A stretch of DNA of 64,000 nucleotides from the NCBI GenBank assembly GCA_041749335.1, contig JBGTBM010000007.1, positions 85,408 to 149,407 of the forward strand, given 5' to 3'. This document shows, in pieces, positions 1 through 11,884 of the stretch (position 1 is its first letter; every line of letters begins with the position of its first letter). The notes under the pieces were generated by a model. The model was not told where the DNA came from and did no database searches. It was given only the letters and a program-made list of their open reading frames with translations. The position numbers and the translations under genes were made by a program. The stretch comes from Patescibacteria group bacterium. Lineage in GTDB: Bacteria > Patescibacteriota > JABMPQ01.

Positions 1-975
<975 letters not shown>

Positions 976-1362
976 AGGGAGATAATCAATAATCAATTTT
1001 ATTGATAATTGGTCGGTACTTTTTACTGACTGCTATCATCTTTTAGTTGTTAGAGAATATTGATAAATTTTGCGAATCTATTTATAATGGTTAAGAGTTA
1101 TTTAAAAATCTTAACTTTTTTTATATAATGAGCCTATATCCACTCGCCATCTGATTCACTTTTGAATTAGTCGGATGAGATTTGTGATCAGGCAAAGCGG
1201 TTTTTATTCAAATTTTGATAATTATAATTTACACTCGGGGCGATTAATATATTAACAATATGGGCTCGTAGCTTCCTTCGACAAGCTCAGGACAAGCTGT
1301 TCTTATAAAATATTTTTTTAACAAAAAAGAGGAAAAGCATTATTACCAAAAATATTTATCAA

Positions 1363-1439
1363 GGGCTCGTAGCTCAGTTGGTTAGAGCGCGTCACTGATA
1401 ATGACGAGGTCGGAGGTTCAAATCCTCCCGAGCCCACCA
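1363..1439 (+). tRNA. tRNA-Ile (anticodon GAT), CCA encoded
   Basis: gggctcgtagctcagttggttagagcgcgtcactgataatgacgaggtcggaggttcaaatcctcccgagcccacca. Acceptor gggctcg/cgagccc, anticodon stem cgtca/tgacg, loop cTGATAa. Typical ITS tRNA. Confidence 0.9.
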
Positions 1440-1710
1440 TTTTACGCGTAGCGTAAAATGCCCTGCGTAGCTCGTATGAGCGGAGCATGGGCAAAAAGAA
1501 AAAAATATTGCATTAAATAACGGCTACGCTCCAAATGGCACAGCCATTTTACTTAAGCGGAACTTCGAATGGCGTAGCCATGAGAAGTAGAAGAATGTTT
1601 TTCGAAGCTCTTGCCGTCGCATAGCCGCTATGGCGAAGCACGGTTAGCGAAGAAGGGCGTATATAATTATATTTATTCTACGCTTCAAATGGCGTGGCCA
1701 AATGATTAAA
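1440..1710. repeat. Cluster of short hairpin / GCGTAGC motifs in the 16S-23S spacer
   Basis: tttacgcGTAgcgtaaa hairpin at 1441-1457. Then ATGGC-NNN-GCCAT mini-hairpins: tccaaatggcacagccat at 1530-1547, cgaatggcgtagccatg at 1566-1582, caaatggcgtggccaaatg at 1686-1704. The 7-mer GCGTAGC (or its reverse complement) occurs 5 times in 250 bp. Confidence 0.6.
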
Positions 1711-1717
1711 GGAGGAA

Positions 1718-1960
1718 ATGTATTACGTATACATTATTAAAAGTATCATTTATCCAAATAAAATTTATACCGGATATACGAAGGATTTAAGACAAAGAAT
1801 ACTTGATCACAATAATGGCAAGAATGTATCTACCGGAAAATATAAACCTTGGGAGTTGAAATTTTATTGTGGATTTCGGAATAAATATAAGGCTTTAATG
1901 TTTGAAAAATACTTGAAAACATCCTCAGGCATCGCATTTAAAAACAAAAGGCTAATATAA
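1718..1960 (+). CDS. Small GIY-YIG nuclease-superfamily protein (YhbQ/UPF0213-like, 80 aa)
   Basis: YVYIIKS...KIYTGYTKDLRQRILDHNNG matches the GIY-(10-11 aa)-YIG motif followed by a conserved Arg and the H/N region. The ORF sits in the rRNA spacer. Confidence 0.6.
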   Translation: MYYVYIIKSIIYPNKIYTGYTKDLRQRILDHNNGKNVSTGKYKPWELKFYCGFRNKYKALMFEKYLKTSSGIAFKNKRLI

Positions 1961-1964
1961 AAAT

Positions 1965-2213
1965 ATGAGATTTTTTTTAGGATTATTAGGAATTGGCATT
2001 GGAATAGTTCTTTCGCTCAAATACGAATGGCTTTTGAATAATTTTGGTAGAATTCCATCAGTAGAGAAATATTTAGGTAGCTTTGGTGGAAGCCGGCTAT
2101 TTTATCAGTTGTTGGGAGTACTCATTATATTTTTTTCCGCGCTGTATATGACCGGGATGCTAGGCAGATTAGTGGAGGCAATATTTTCACGCCTCTTTGG
2201 AATAGGTGCATAA
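1965..2213 (+). CDS. Small hydrophobic membrane protein, unknown function
   Basis: The 82-aa ORF is almost entirely two predicted TM helices. Its stop overlaps the next ORF's start (ATGA-type overlap). Confidence 0.4.
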   Translation: MRFFLGLLGIGIGIVLSLKYEWLLNNFGRIPSVEKYLGSFGGSRLFYQLLGVLIIFFSALYMTGMLGRLVEAIFSRLFGIGA

Positions 2214-2808
2214 ATATTTTATGAATAAATTTTGGTTGTATTTAGTTAGACTAATATTCCTGGCGCTGATATTATTTGAAGCAGCTAATCTTTTTCAGAT
2301 TATAAAATTTGACTTGGATTATAGTTGGTTCGGATTGATTATAACTGCTTTGGCGGTATGGGCGAGTTTAGAAGTTGTCTACTACTTACATCGAAGTAAG
2401 TTTAGTAAAAATATACCCGGCTTGGTAATAATTGTTCCGACTTCAAGCATATTGATTGATGCTTTAGGCGATATATTGAGATATTACAGCAAATTTGAAT
2501 GGTATGATCAGGCGGCTCATTTTATCGGGGGTATGGCGGTGGCGTTGGTAATTTTTTATGTTGTTAGAGTATATGCTAAATATAAAGGATATAAAATGGG
2601 GAATGGTTTTATCGCTCTTTATGCTATTTTCGGAACAGCTTTTTTCGCTGCCTTATACGAGATTGAAGAATATGCCGAAACAATACTTTTAAAAAATAAT
2701 CGCTTGGGTGATAGACTAGACACCCCCAATGATATATTGTTAACAATAATTGGCGGAGCAATTGGAGCATTAATTATTTTATTGTATTTACAAATTAAGA
2801 AAAAATAA
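2206..2808 (+). CDS. Polytopic membrane protein, unknown function (200 aa)
   Basis: There are 5-6 hydrophobic segments. It is translationally coupled to the previous ORF. No recognisable catalytic motif. Confidence 0.5.
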   Translation: MHKYFMNKFWLYLVRLIFLALILFEAANLFQIIKFDLDYSWFGLIITALAVWASLEVVYYLHRSKFSKNIPGLVIIVPTSSILIDALGDILRYYSKFEWYDQAAHFIGGMAVALVIFYVVRVYAKYKGYKMGNGFIALYAIFGTAFFAALYEIEEYAETILLKNNRLGDRLDTPNDILLTIIGGAIGALIILLYLQIKKK

Positions 2809-2835
2809 TTACTTTAATATTATCCTGGCCTGAAT

Positions 2836-2895
2836 GGGCCCGTAGTATCTTGATAAGAGCGTCCCGATGTTGCATCGGGAAGGTAAGGAGTTCAC
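2836..2895 (+). pseudogene. Degenerate tRNA-Ala-like remnant (partial duplication of the tRNA-Ala 5' region)
   Basis: The 30-bp string aatattatcctggcctgaatgggcccgtag at 2811-2845 is repeated at 2917-2951, where it leads into the intact tRNA-Ala. The first copy continues as gggcccgtag + a 6-bp hairpin (cccgat/atcggg) + aggtaaggagttcac, which resembles a variable loop and T-arm but has no 3' acceptor. Confidence 0.5.
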
Positions 2896-2941
2896 AATTA
2901 GTTATTACAATATTATAATAAAATATTATCCTGGCCTGAAT

Positions 2942-3014
2942 GGGCCCGTAGCTCATCTGGTAGAGCGCCTGTTTTGCACACAGGAGGTGAGGAGTTCGAG
3001 TCCCCTCGGGTCCA
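2942..3014 (+). tRNA. tRNA-Ala (anticodon TGC)
   Basis: gggcccgtagctcatctggtagagcgcctgttttgcacacaggaggtgaggagttcgagtcccctcgggtcca. The G3:U70 Ala identity pair is present, the anticodon loop is ttTGCac, the discriminator is A, and CCA is not encoded. Confidence 0.9.
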
Positions 3015-3036
3015 TTTAGTTCGGGATTTTTTATTT

Positions 3037-3113
3037 GAGCGTGTAGCTCAGTTGGTTAGAGCGTTACGTTGACATCGTAGAGGTCAGAGGTTCGAATCCT
3101 CTCACGCTCACCA
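3037..3113 (+). tRNA. tRNA-Val (anticodon GAC), CCA encoded
   Basis: gagcgtgtagctcagttggttagagcgttacgttgacatcgtagaggtcagaggttcgaatcctctcacgctcacca. Acceptor gagcgtg/cacgctc, anticodon loop ttGACat. Confidence 0.88.
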
Positions 3114-3195
3114 TGTTATGAAAATAACATTGTGAAAAGATTAACTTAACAATAATACTTTTGATAGCGAAGTAGACGGAATACTACTTTGATAT

Positions 3196-3253
3196 GGTAG
3201 AAGTCGGACCTGCCTGCCGGCAGGCAGGGGTTCAATTCCTCCTCTACCCACCA
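3196..3253 (+). other. tRNA-like 3' fragment (T-arm + acceptor + CCA) preceded by a perfect 20-bp palindrome
   Basis: ggggttcaattcctcctctacccacca resembles a T-loop (TTCAATT), a 3' acceptor strand and ACCA. It is preceded by cctgcctgccggcaggcagg (3209-3228, a perfect palindrome). No convincing D-arm or 5' acceptor strand. Not tmRNA: no tmRNA 5' domain or tag ORF. Confidence 0.35.
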
Positions 3254-3259
3254 TTTTTC

Positions 3260-3294
3260 GTCCCGCTAAGCGGGACTCCAAATGGCACAGCCAT
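3260..3294 (+). repeat. Hairpin gtcccgcTAAgcgggac followed by an exact copy of the 18-mer tccaaatggcacagccat
   Basis: The 18-mer at 3277-3294 is identical to 1530-1547. Confidence 0.7.
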
Positions 3295-3320
3295 AAAAGT
3301 AAAAATACTTTATATCATAA

Positions 3321-3347
3321 AAAACAGCAATCACGCTGTTTTTTTAT
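3321..3347 (+). terminator. Rho-independent terminator after the spacer tRNA cluster
   Basis: aaaacagc-aatcac-gctgtttt (8-bp stem) followed by a T-run. Confidence 0.55.
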
Positions 3348-3609
3348 CTAAAAATCGGAAAGAATGGGAAAATAATCTTGAAAAAGGCTTGACAAAAAGT
3401 TAATAATATGATAGCATATAAATAAGAATTTCAAGCACTTTTACAAAATATAATATTTAAAATTAAACTGGCCATAGCTAAAAGCAGCTTGTTTTAAGCG
3501 GTTTCTAGCTGTGGCTATAATGATGTAGCCAGAAGCGGGAAATTTTCTAAGGTATGCTGAGGCGAGCGCAAAAAAGCGCTTGTGGGGGCATATCAAGGAG
3601 GAAGACAGA

Positions 3610-4202
3610 TGGGAAAAAGTAATAAGCAGAAATCAGAAGCAGTGACCGGATTGGGACTCGGACTGGGCATGCTCACTCTGGCGGACCAAGTCCGCAAGGA
3701 GATGGGTGTCAGCGACGAGCTGTTCCATCGCCTCACGACCGAAGATGGGCGGCAGGACTGGAAGAAGCTTTTCACCGGTATGCAGGAGGATGACGGCAAG
3801 AAGCACGTCATTGACTGCGATGCCAACCCCTTCGTTCCGGAAGGCTGGGAAGTGATTGAGCACCGGAAGGGCGGGGAGTTCCAGTGGGATCCTACCAAGG
3901 TCGAGCTCTATCTCTGCGACGAGCAGAAGAGCGAATGGATCAAAGGAAACGAGCTTAGAAAGAAGCTCGAGGGCAAACCTGTCCTCAACGCCTGCGTACT
4001 GGATTACCTGCACGCGCATCCCGAACTCATCCCCAACGAGTGGAAAGGCAAGTACATCTTCTTTTGGGGGACGATCTATCGCTTCCAGGATGGCCGTCTC
4101 TCTGTCCGTTCTCTCGGCTTGTGCGCTGATCGGTGGTCCCGGCTTGCCTCTTGGCTCGGCGATCGCTGGTACGACTACGATCCGGCTGTCCTCTGCAAGT
4201 AG
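3610..4202 (+). CDS. Hypothetical protein encoded on a GC-rich (~58% GC) segment; putative horizontally acquired gene
   Basis: Strong SD aggagg sits 8 nt upstream of ATG 3610; the ORF-track start at 3582 is in frame, but 3610 has the SD. GC content is far above that of the flanking DNA. The high GC generates long spurious ORFs in other frames (3593..3898-, 3633..4019-, 3856..4215+). No recognisable domain in the protein. Confidence 0.6.
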
Positions 4203-4261
4203 CTCTTGGTGCTAGAAACTATGTTCTTTCCTAACTTTAGATCTTGAACTTTAGACTTTAG

Positions 4262-4298
4262 CCCTGCGTTAATTATTATATTAATGCAGGGTTTTTTG
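4262..4298 (+). terminator. Strong rho-independent terminator after the GC-rich gene
   Basis: ccctgcgttaat / attaatgcaggg gives a 12-bp stem (one G-U pair) with loop tattat, followed by T6. Confidence 0.75.
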
Positions 4299-4462
4299 TT
4301 ATATTCAAAACAATATATATATATATCAGGAAATTGTTAAATTGTTTTTATGATATCTTGTTCTAGTGTTTTTGTGATTTATCCTGATACAAAATTACCT
4401 CCATAATATTTCTACAATGATACATAAATTAGTGGTATAATAAATTAAGAAATCCCAAATAT

Positions 4463-7400
4463 TTGGATATGTTTTTGAATATAAAAACACTAAGAATTAT
4501 CAAGAAAATATTTATCGCCGCTTTTTTTGGCGTTTTTTTATTTCCATTAATGATCAACGCGCAAGGCGGAGTGTGGGAAAATATTTTTCCCGGATCATTA
4601 AGTTTAACGGCAAATAATGAAGAGGTCGAAATCATTGAATACAAGGGAGATATTTATGCCGGGATCGGGGTGGGAGGCGAGTCGCAGGTTTATCGGTATA
4701 TAAGTGGTGATAATTGGGAGCAGGTTAATAAAAATGCGTTTGAAATTGATGTGGAGCGGGGAGTGGCGTCTATGGCCGTGCATAATGGATATTTATATGT
4801 GGGCGATCGGTTTGATTTGGGGGGCGGATTTGTATTGCGCACCAAAGCGCAGGGCGGCCCGCCTTTTACTGATTGGACCCAAGTGAATATCGGCGGGTTT
4901 GGCGATGTTAATAATCAACAAATATCCGACTTAAAATCTTTTGGCAGCTTTCTTTATGCCGCTACTAAAAATTCAATAACCGGTACGGAAATCTGGCGGA
5001 CGCAAGAGGCGGGGGGTCCGCCCTATACCGATTGGACGCAAGTTAATTTAGACGGTTTTTCTGATGTTAATAATGTAGATACGCCATTTTTAGGTATTTA
5101 CGATGGATACTTATATGCTTCTACCGGTAAATCTTCTGGCGCGGGCGAAGTATGGCGTACAAACAATGGAATCAATTGGTCGCAAGTGCAAACCGATGGC
5201 TTTGGGAATTTAAGTAATTATGCTATGTCGTCTTTCGGGTCTTTTGATAATTCACTAATTGTCGGCTCTGCAAATTTAAACGGCGGCAATTTATTTAAAA
5301 CCATAAACGGCACTTTTTGGAGCGTGGTGAATGCTAACGGGTTTGGCGACACCAATAATAAATCCATTTTCCCTTTATTAAGTATCGGGAATTATTTATA
5401 TTTAGGAACGGAAAATAATTCAGCGGGAGCGGAAATTTATCGTACCGGCGATGGAATACATTTTACTCAAATTAATTCATCCGGATTTGGCGACAGTTCT
5501 TATAAAAGTTTTAAAGCTTTGGAAAATAGCGGCAATTTGTTTATTAATGCCAGCAATTCCGGCGGAGGACAAATTTGGGTGGATTATCCGCCGATTCCCG
5601 GTAATTTAACGGCATCTCAAAATATTAATGACCCGAATAAAATTAATATCACTTTTTCCGCGGATGATCAAAATAAAGCGGACAATTTATTAGCGCGGAT
5701 TGAGTATAATATAGGCAGCGGCTGGAAAAAAGCGACCATCATGGTTAATGACGCAGAAACCAGCGCTACTTACGGCGATCCCAAGGTTAATAATTCGCAG
5801 GATTTTCAAATTGGCGATTCTTTGGGATATATCACCGCATCGACAGGATTAAATACCGTTAAGACAGTTTGGGATTACAGCGTGGATGAACCGAATGTCA
5901 ATACCAATAACGCGCAATTAAGGGTAAAGCTGGACGATCAAATTTTGGAAAGTTCAGATATTACCTCCAATCAATTTTCAATAACTTCAGTATTGCCGGT
6001 ATCATTAATAAAATCATATTCTATTAACAGTCCGGCACCGGCGCCGCCTGCCGACAGCGAGGATAATATTTTTATAACTTCCGCCGGATCTTTGATAAAA
6101 AATATTGGCGGCAATATCAATAAACTAACGCCGGGAAATATTTTCAATATTAACTATTTATTTTACGCTTATTTTGTTTTAGCAATTATACTAGTCATTT
6201 TTATTTCTATTTATTGGTTTTTAAAAAAACAATATTATTACCACTCCAAGAATAGATTACGCCTATCATCCGCCGTTTTTTTCTTAATTTTTAATTTGGG
6301 CTTATTGGGAATATTTTCGTTATTGCAGCCGGTTAAATATTTATCGGCTTCTCCTTACGATGTATTTCCGCGGGACATTATTACTTACCGCATTGAATAT
6401 AAAAATTCATCAAATCAAGACATTCATGATTTGTATATATTGGATGAAATTCCTCAATATTCAACGTATGTCGCAGGATCAATGAATTTAAATGGCGCCT
6501 TGATTACAGATGAACTGGATTTTGACTCCGGAGACTTCAATATCTCGAATCAAAATAAAGTAACATTTTATGTTGGATCGGTAGGAGCCAATAATTCCGG
6601 TTATGTTGAATTTAGGGTTCAGGTTAATGCCAATGCTCCCATGGGCGGGGTGATAGAAAATCAGGCCAGAGGAGCTTTTAATCCGGGGAATATCTTAATT
6701 ACCAGCAACATCATTCAAAATTTTGTGGTAGCTACCGGATCAATTTCCGGCAAAGTGTTTTACGATAACAACCGAGACGGCCAGATTAATTCAAATGATT
6801 GGGGCATTGAAAATGCGCAGGTGAAGCTCTATGAAGATCGGGACCATAATGGATTATTGGATACGGCAGTTGATTATTTTGTTGATAGTAAATCAACTGA
6901 CCAGAATGGTGATTATCATTTTACGGGACTTTCAGCGCAATATTATTTATTTTTTGTTGAAAGCTATTCTTTACCGTCGGGATATATTTTGACAACGGGT
7001 AATATTCCGGCCCAAGCGGTGCTTACGGCTAGCGACCAGCAATATCAAAATGCCAATTTTGGTTATTTTAATCAGCCTCAACTGCCGGTTACTCCCGATA
7101 TCCCGGTAATACCTTCCATTCCTTCCACTTTTGAACCTATCCCTGATAATACCCCTGACGATGAGCAAGAAGAGCCGCCAATTATTGAAGAAGAAGACGA
7201 GGAACCGATAGAAATTCCAGATCGAGAGGAGCCAATTGAACCAATAGAACAAGATAAGCCGATAAAAATTGAAACTGAAGACGTTAAGCCGATTGAAATT
7301 GAAAAACCGGATGAGCCCGGAATTGAAAAAAGAAACTGGCGGGATTATTTAACTTTTTCCCTGCCGATTTTTGCCGCTTTATCTTTAGCTAATTTATTTT

Positions 7401-8359
7401 TTAGCGTTCCCTTTTCCGCTTTGGCAAACTTTTTATATTATTTATTCCAGCTAATCACCCAGCCGTTTTTATTATTAACGCGTGAAAGAAAAAGAGAATT
7501 GGGAGCGGTGTATGATTCGTTAACCAAGCTGCCGCTTGACTTAGCGTTAGTCAGATTATTTGACAAAGACACCGGAAAATTAGTGGAAACCAGAGTTACT
7601 AACAGCAGGGGGCAATATTTGTTTGTCGCGGAAAAAAATAAACAATATTATTTATCTGTCCAAAAAGAAAATTATTATTTTCCTTCAAAACTTTTGGAAT
7701 TTAAGCCCGACGACGATGAATTTAAAAACTTATATTATGGTGGAATAATAAGTACGCAGGATCTTGAAAAAAATAATGGCAAAATTTCTAAAAATATTCC
7801 GTTGGATTTGGAGCGGGGGAAATCGTACGCAGCGGGAGTTCGACATAAAACAATTCAAACTGGAATTAATCAAATTGATGATTTGAAGTCAATGGATGAG
7901 GAAGCTAAATTAAATGAATATAAAAAAATTCGCAAACAATTTACCATAAAAAAAATCAGCCAGATAATCGCATATCTGGGGCCTGCCTACGGTTTATTGG
8001 TATTTATTTTAAATCCAAAGCTGATAACATTTATATTTTTAATTATACATATACTTTTATTGCTGCTATTTATGCGGCTGGCGCAGACTCGGGAAAATAA
8101 GTCCTGGGGAAAATCATTTGATTTGAATACTAAAAAGGGATTAGATAATTGCGTAGTTAGATTATTTGACCAGCAATATGGTAAATTGCTATTTACTACT
8201 TTGAGTAAATCTGATGGCCGCTATGGATTTTTGGCGGGGAAAAATAATTATTTAATTTCGGCGTACAGGGATTTTTATCGCATGCCTCAAGAAAAATTGG
8301 AGATACAAGGCCGGGAAAACGGTATAATTAATAAAGATATTGGACTGGAAAAAAAATAG
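4463..8359 (+). CDS. Giant (1298 aa) secreted/membrane-anchored multidomain surface protein
   Basis: N-terminal signal peptide. Five or six ~48-aa propeller-like repeats (GF.D.NN...LY..T.....G.E.WRT). A DUF11-like 'conserved repeat domain' (YRIEYKNSSNQD...YVAGSMNLNG). Three SdrD-B/Cna-B/carboxypeptidase-regulatory-like domains (DGQINSNDWGIENAQVKLYED..., LVRLFDKDTGKLVETRVTNSRGQYLF, VVRLFDQQYGKLLFTTLSKSDGRYGF). An acidic Pro/Glu-rich linker (EEPPIIEEEDEEPIEIPDREEPIEPIE). Several internal hydrophobic helices. Confidence 0.8.
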   Translation: MDMFLNIKTLRIIKKIFIAAFFGVFLFPLMINAQGGVWENIFPGSLSLTANNEEVEIIEYKGDIYAGIGVGGESQVYRYISGDNWEQVNKNAFEIDVERGVASMAVHNGYLYVGDRFDLGGGFVLRTKAQGGPPFTDWTQVNIGGFGDVNNQQISDLKSFGSFLYAATKNSITGTEIWRTQEAGGPPYTDWTQVNLDGFSDVNNVDTPFLGIYDGYLYASTGKSSGAGEVWRTNNGINWSQVQTDGFGNLSNYAMSSFGSFDNSLIVGSANLNGGNLFKTINGTFWSVVNANGFGDTNNKSIFPLLSIGNYLYLGTENNSAGAEIYRTGDGIHFTQINSSGFGDSSYKSFKALENSGNLFINASNSGGGQIWVDYPPIPGNLTASQNINDPNKINITFSADDQNKADNLLARIEYNIGSGWKKATIMVNDAETSATYGDPKVNNSQDFQIGDSLGYITASTGLNTVKTVWDYSVDEPNVNTNNAQLRVKLDDQILESSDITSNQFSITSVLPVSLIKSYSINSPAPAPPADSEDNIFITSAGSLIKNIGGNINKLTPGNIFNINYLFYAYFVLAIILVIFISIYWFLKKQYYYHSKNRLRLSSAVFFLIFNLGLLGIFSLLQPVKYLSASPYDVFPRDIITYRIEYKNSSNQDIHDLYILDEIPQYSTYVAGSMNLNGALITDELDFDSGDFNISNQNKVTFYVGSVGANNSGYVEFRVQVNANAPMGGVIENQARGAFNPGNILITSNIIQNFVVATGSISGKVFYDNNRDGQINSNDWGIENAQVKLYEDRDHNGLLDTAVDYFVDSKSTDQNGDYHFTGLSAQYYLFFVESYSLPSGYILTTGNIPAQAVLTASDQQYQNANFGYFNQPQLPVTPDIPVIPSIPSTFEPIPDNTPDDEQEEPPIIEEEDEEPIEIPDREEPIEPIEQDKPIKIETEDVKPIEIEKPDEPGIEKRNWRDYLTFSLPIFAALSLANLFFSVPFSALANFLYYLFQLITQPFLLLTRERKRELGAVYDSLTKLPLDLALVRLFDKDTGKLVETRVTNSRGQYLFVAEKNKQYYLSVQKENYYFPSKLLEFKPDDDEFKNLYYGGIISTQDLEKNNGKISKNIPLDLERGKSYAAGVRHKTIQTGINQIDDLKSMDEEAKLNEYKKIRKQFTIKKISQIIAYLGPAYGLLVFILNPKLITFIFLIIHILLLLLFMRLAQTRENKSWGKSFDLNTKKGLDNCVVRLFDQQYGKLLFTTLSKSDGRYGFLAGKNNYLISAYRDFYRMPQEKLEIQGRENGIINKDIGLEKK
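4855..5085 (+). repeat. Intragenic tandem DNA repeats (~150-bp period) encoding the propeller-like blades
   Basis: ggcggcccgccttttactgattggacccaagtgaat...gatgttaataat is followed by ggggggtccgccctataccgattggacgcaagttaat...gatgttaataat. Confidence 0.7.
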
Positions 8360-8480
8360 TATGAAATTAGGCTTGACATATATTTTTACTGATTATAATA
8401 TTAGACAAGTATTAATATGAATAAATTTGACGCCAACTTAAAGAAAGCGACCTGATTATCCTATAGTGGGAGACTTTATG

Positions 8481-8508
8481 GTCGCATAATATGCGGCTTT
8501 TTTGTTCA
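8481..8508 (+). terminator. Weak hairpin + T-run downstream of the giant gene
   Basis: cgcata-a-tatgcg followed by gcttttttg. The stem is short, so confidence is low. Confidence 0.3.
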
Positions 8509-8591
8509 GATTAATGTGTGAACGTTGACAATTTATCAAGAATTTATACACAGGTAAAAAAATTTAGCAATTATTAATTGCTAGTCAATTA

Positions 8592-11484
<2,893 letters not shown>

Positions 11485-11752
11485 ACTAAAGCTTTTAAAA
11501 TCGCTTATATCGATGGCGGTTTTAAAGGTTTTAAAAATTGACTAGCGATTTATAGTTGTTATTAATATAATGATGAAGAATCAGCGAAGACGCGGTGTAA
11601 ATGATTAATTGAAAAAATGAATTTTAGGAAATTATTTTCTTCAGTAAAATTAATATTGGTTTTATTAATTATTGGAATATTCGTTTCAATTGCATTTTAT
11701 GTGACTTCGCTAAATTCTTTGGCGCACAATATATTTTAACTTGGCTGCAGCA

Positions 11753-11866
<114 letters not shown>

Positions 11867-11884
11867 TATTGCAGCTAAATAAAA

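Noticed and set aside
1718-1960. GIY-YIG ORF as a homing endonuclease of a group I intron splitting an rRNA or tRNA gene
   Set aside because: 16S, 23S and the three tRNAs appear uninterrupted. No group I intron core (P, Q, R, S elements) was recognised by eye. The 80-aa size fits free-standing YhbQ-like GIY-YIG proteins better.
3194-3403. 69-aa ORF and a possible tmRNA interpretation of the ...ggttcaattcc...acca element
   Set aside because: The ORF spans the palindrome and terminator and has no SD. A tmRNA would need a ~350-nt body with a 5' GGGG acceptor and a tag reading frame. Upstream is occupied by tRNA-Ala/Val, so it is not tmRNA.
3593-4215. Overlapping long ORFs in other frames of the GC-rich segment (3593..3898-, 3633..4019-, 3856..4215+)
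   Set aside because: High GC suppresses stop codons in all frames. Only the + frame from 3610 has an SD and a clean terminator, so the others are treated as artefacts.
4316-4331. (AT)7 dinucleotide microsatellite
   Set aside because: It is present, but it is a trivial low-complexity tract in an AT-rich intergenic region and has no evident function.
11560-11745. Possible ~40-aa hydrophobic micro-ORF (MNFRKLFSSVKLILVLLIIGIFVSIAFYV...) in the 23S-5S spacer
   Set aside because: No SD. It is an AT-rich spacer where hydrophobic ORFs arise by chance. It cannot be supported without expression data.
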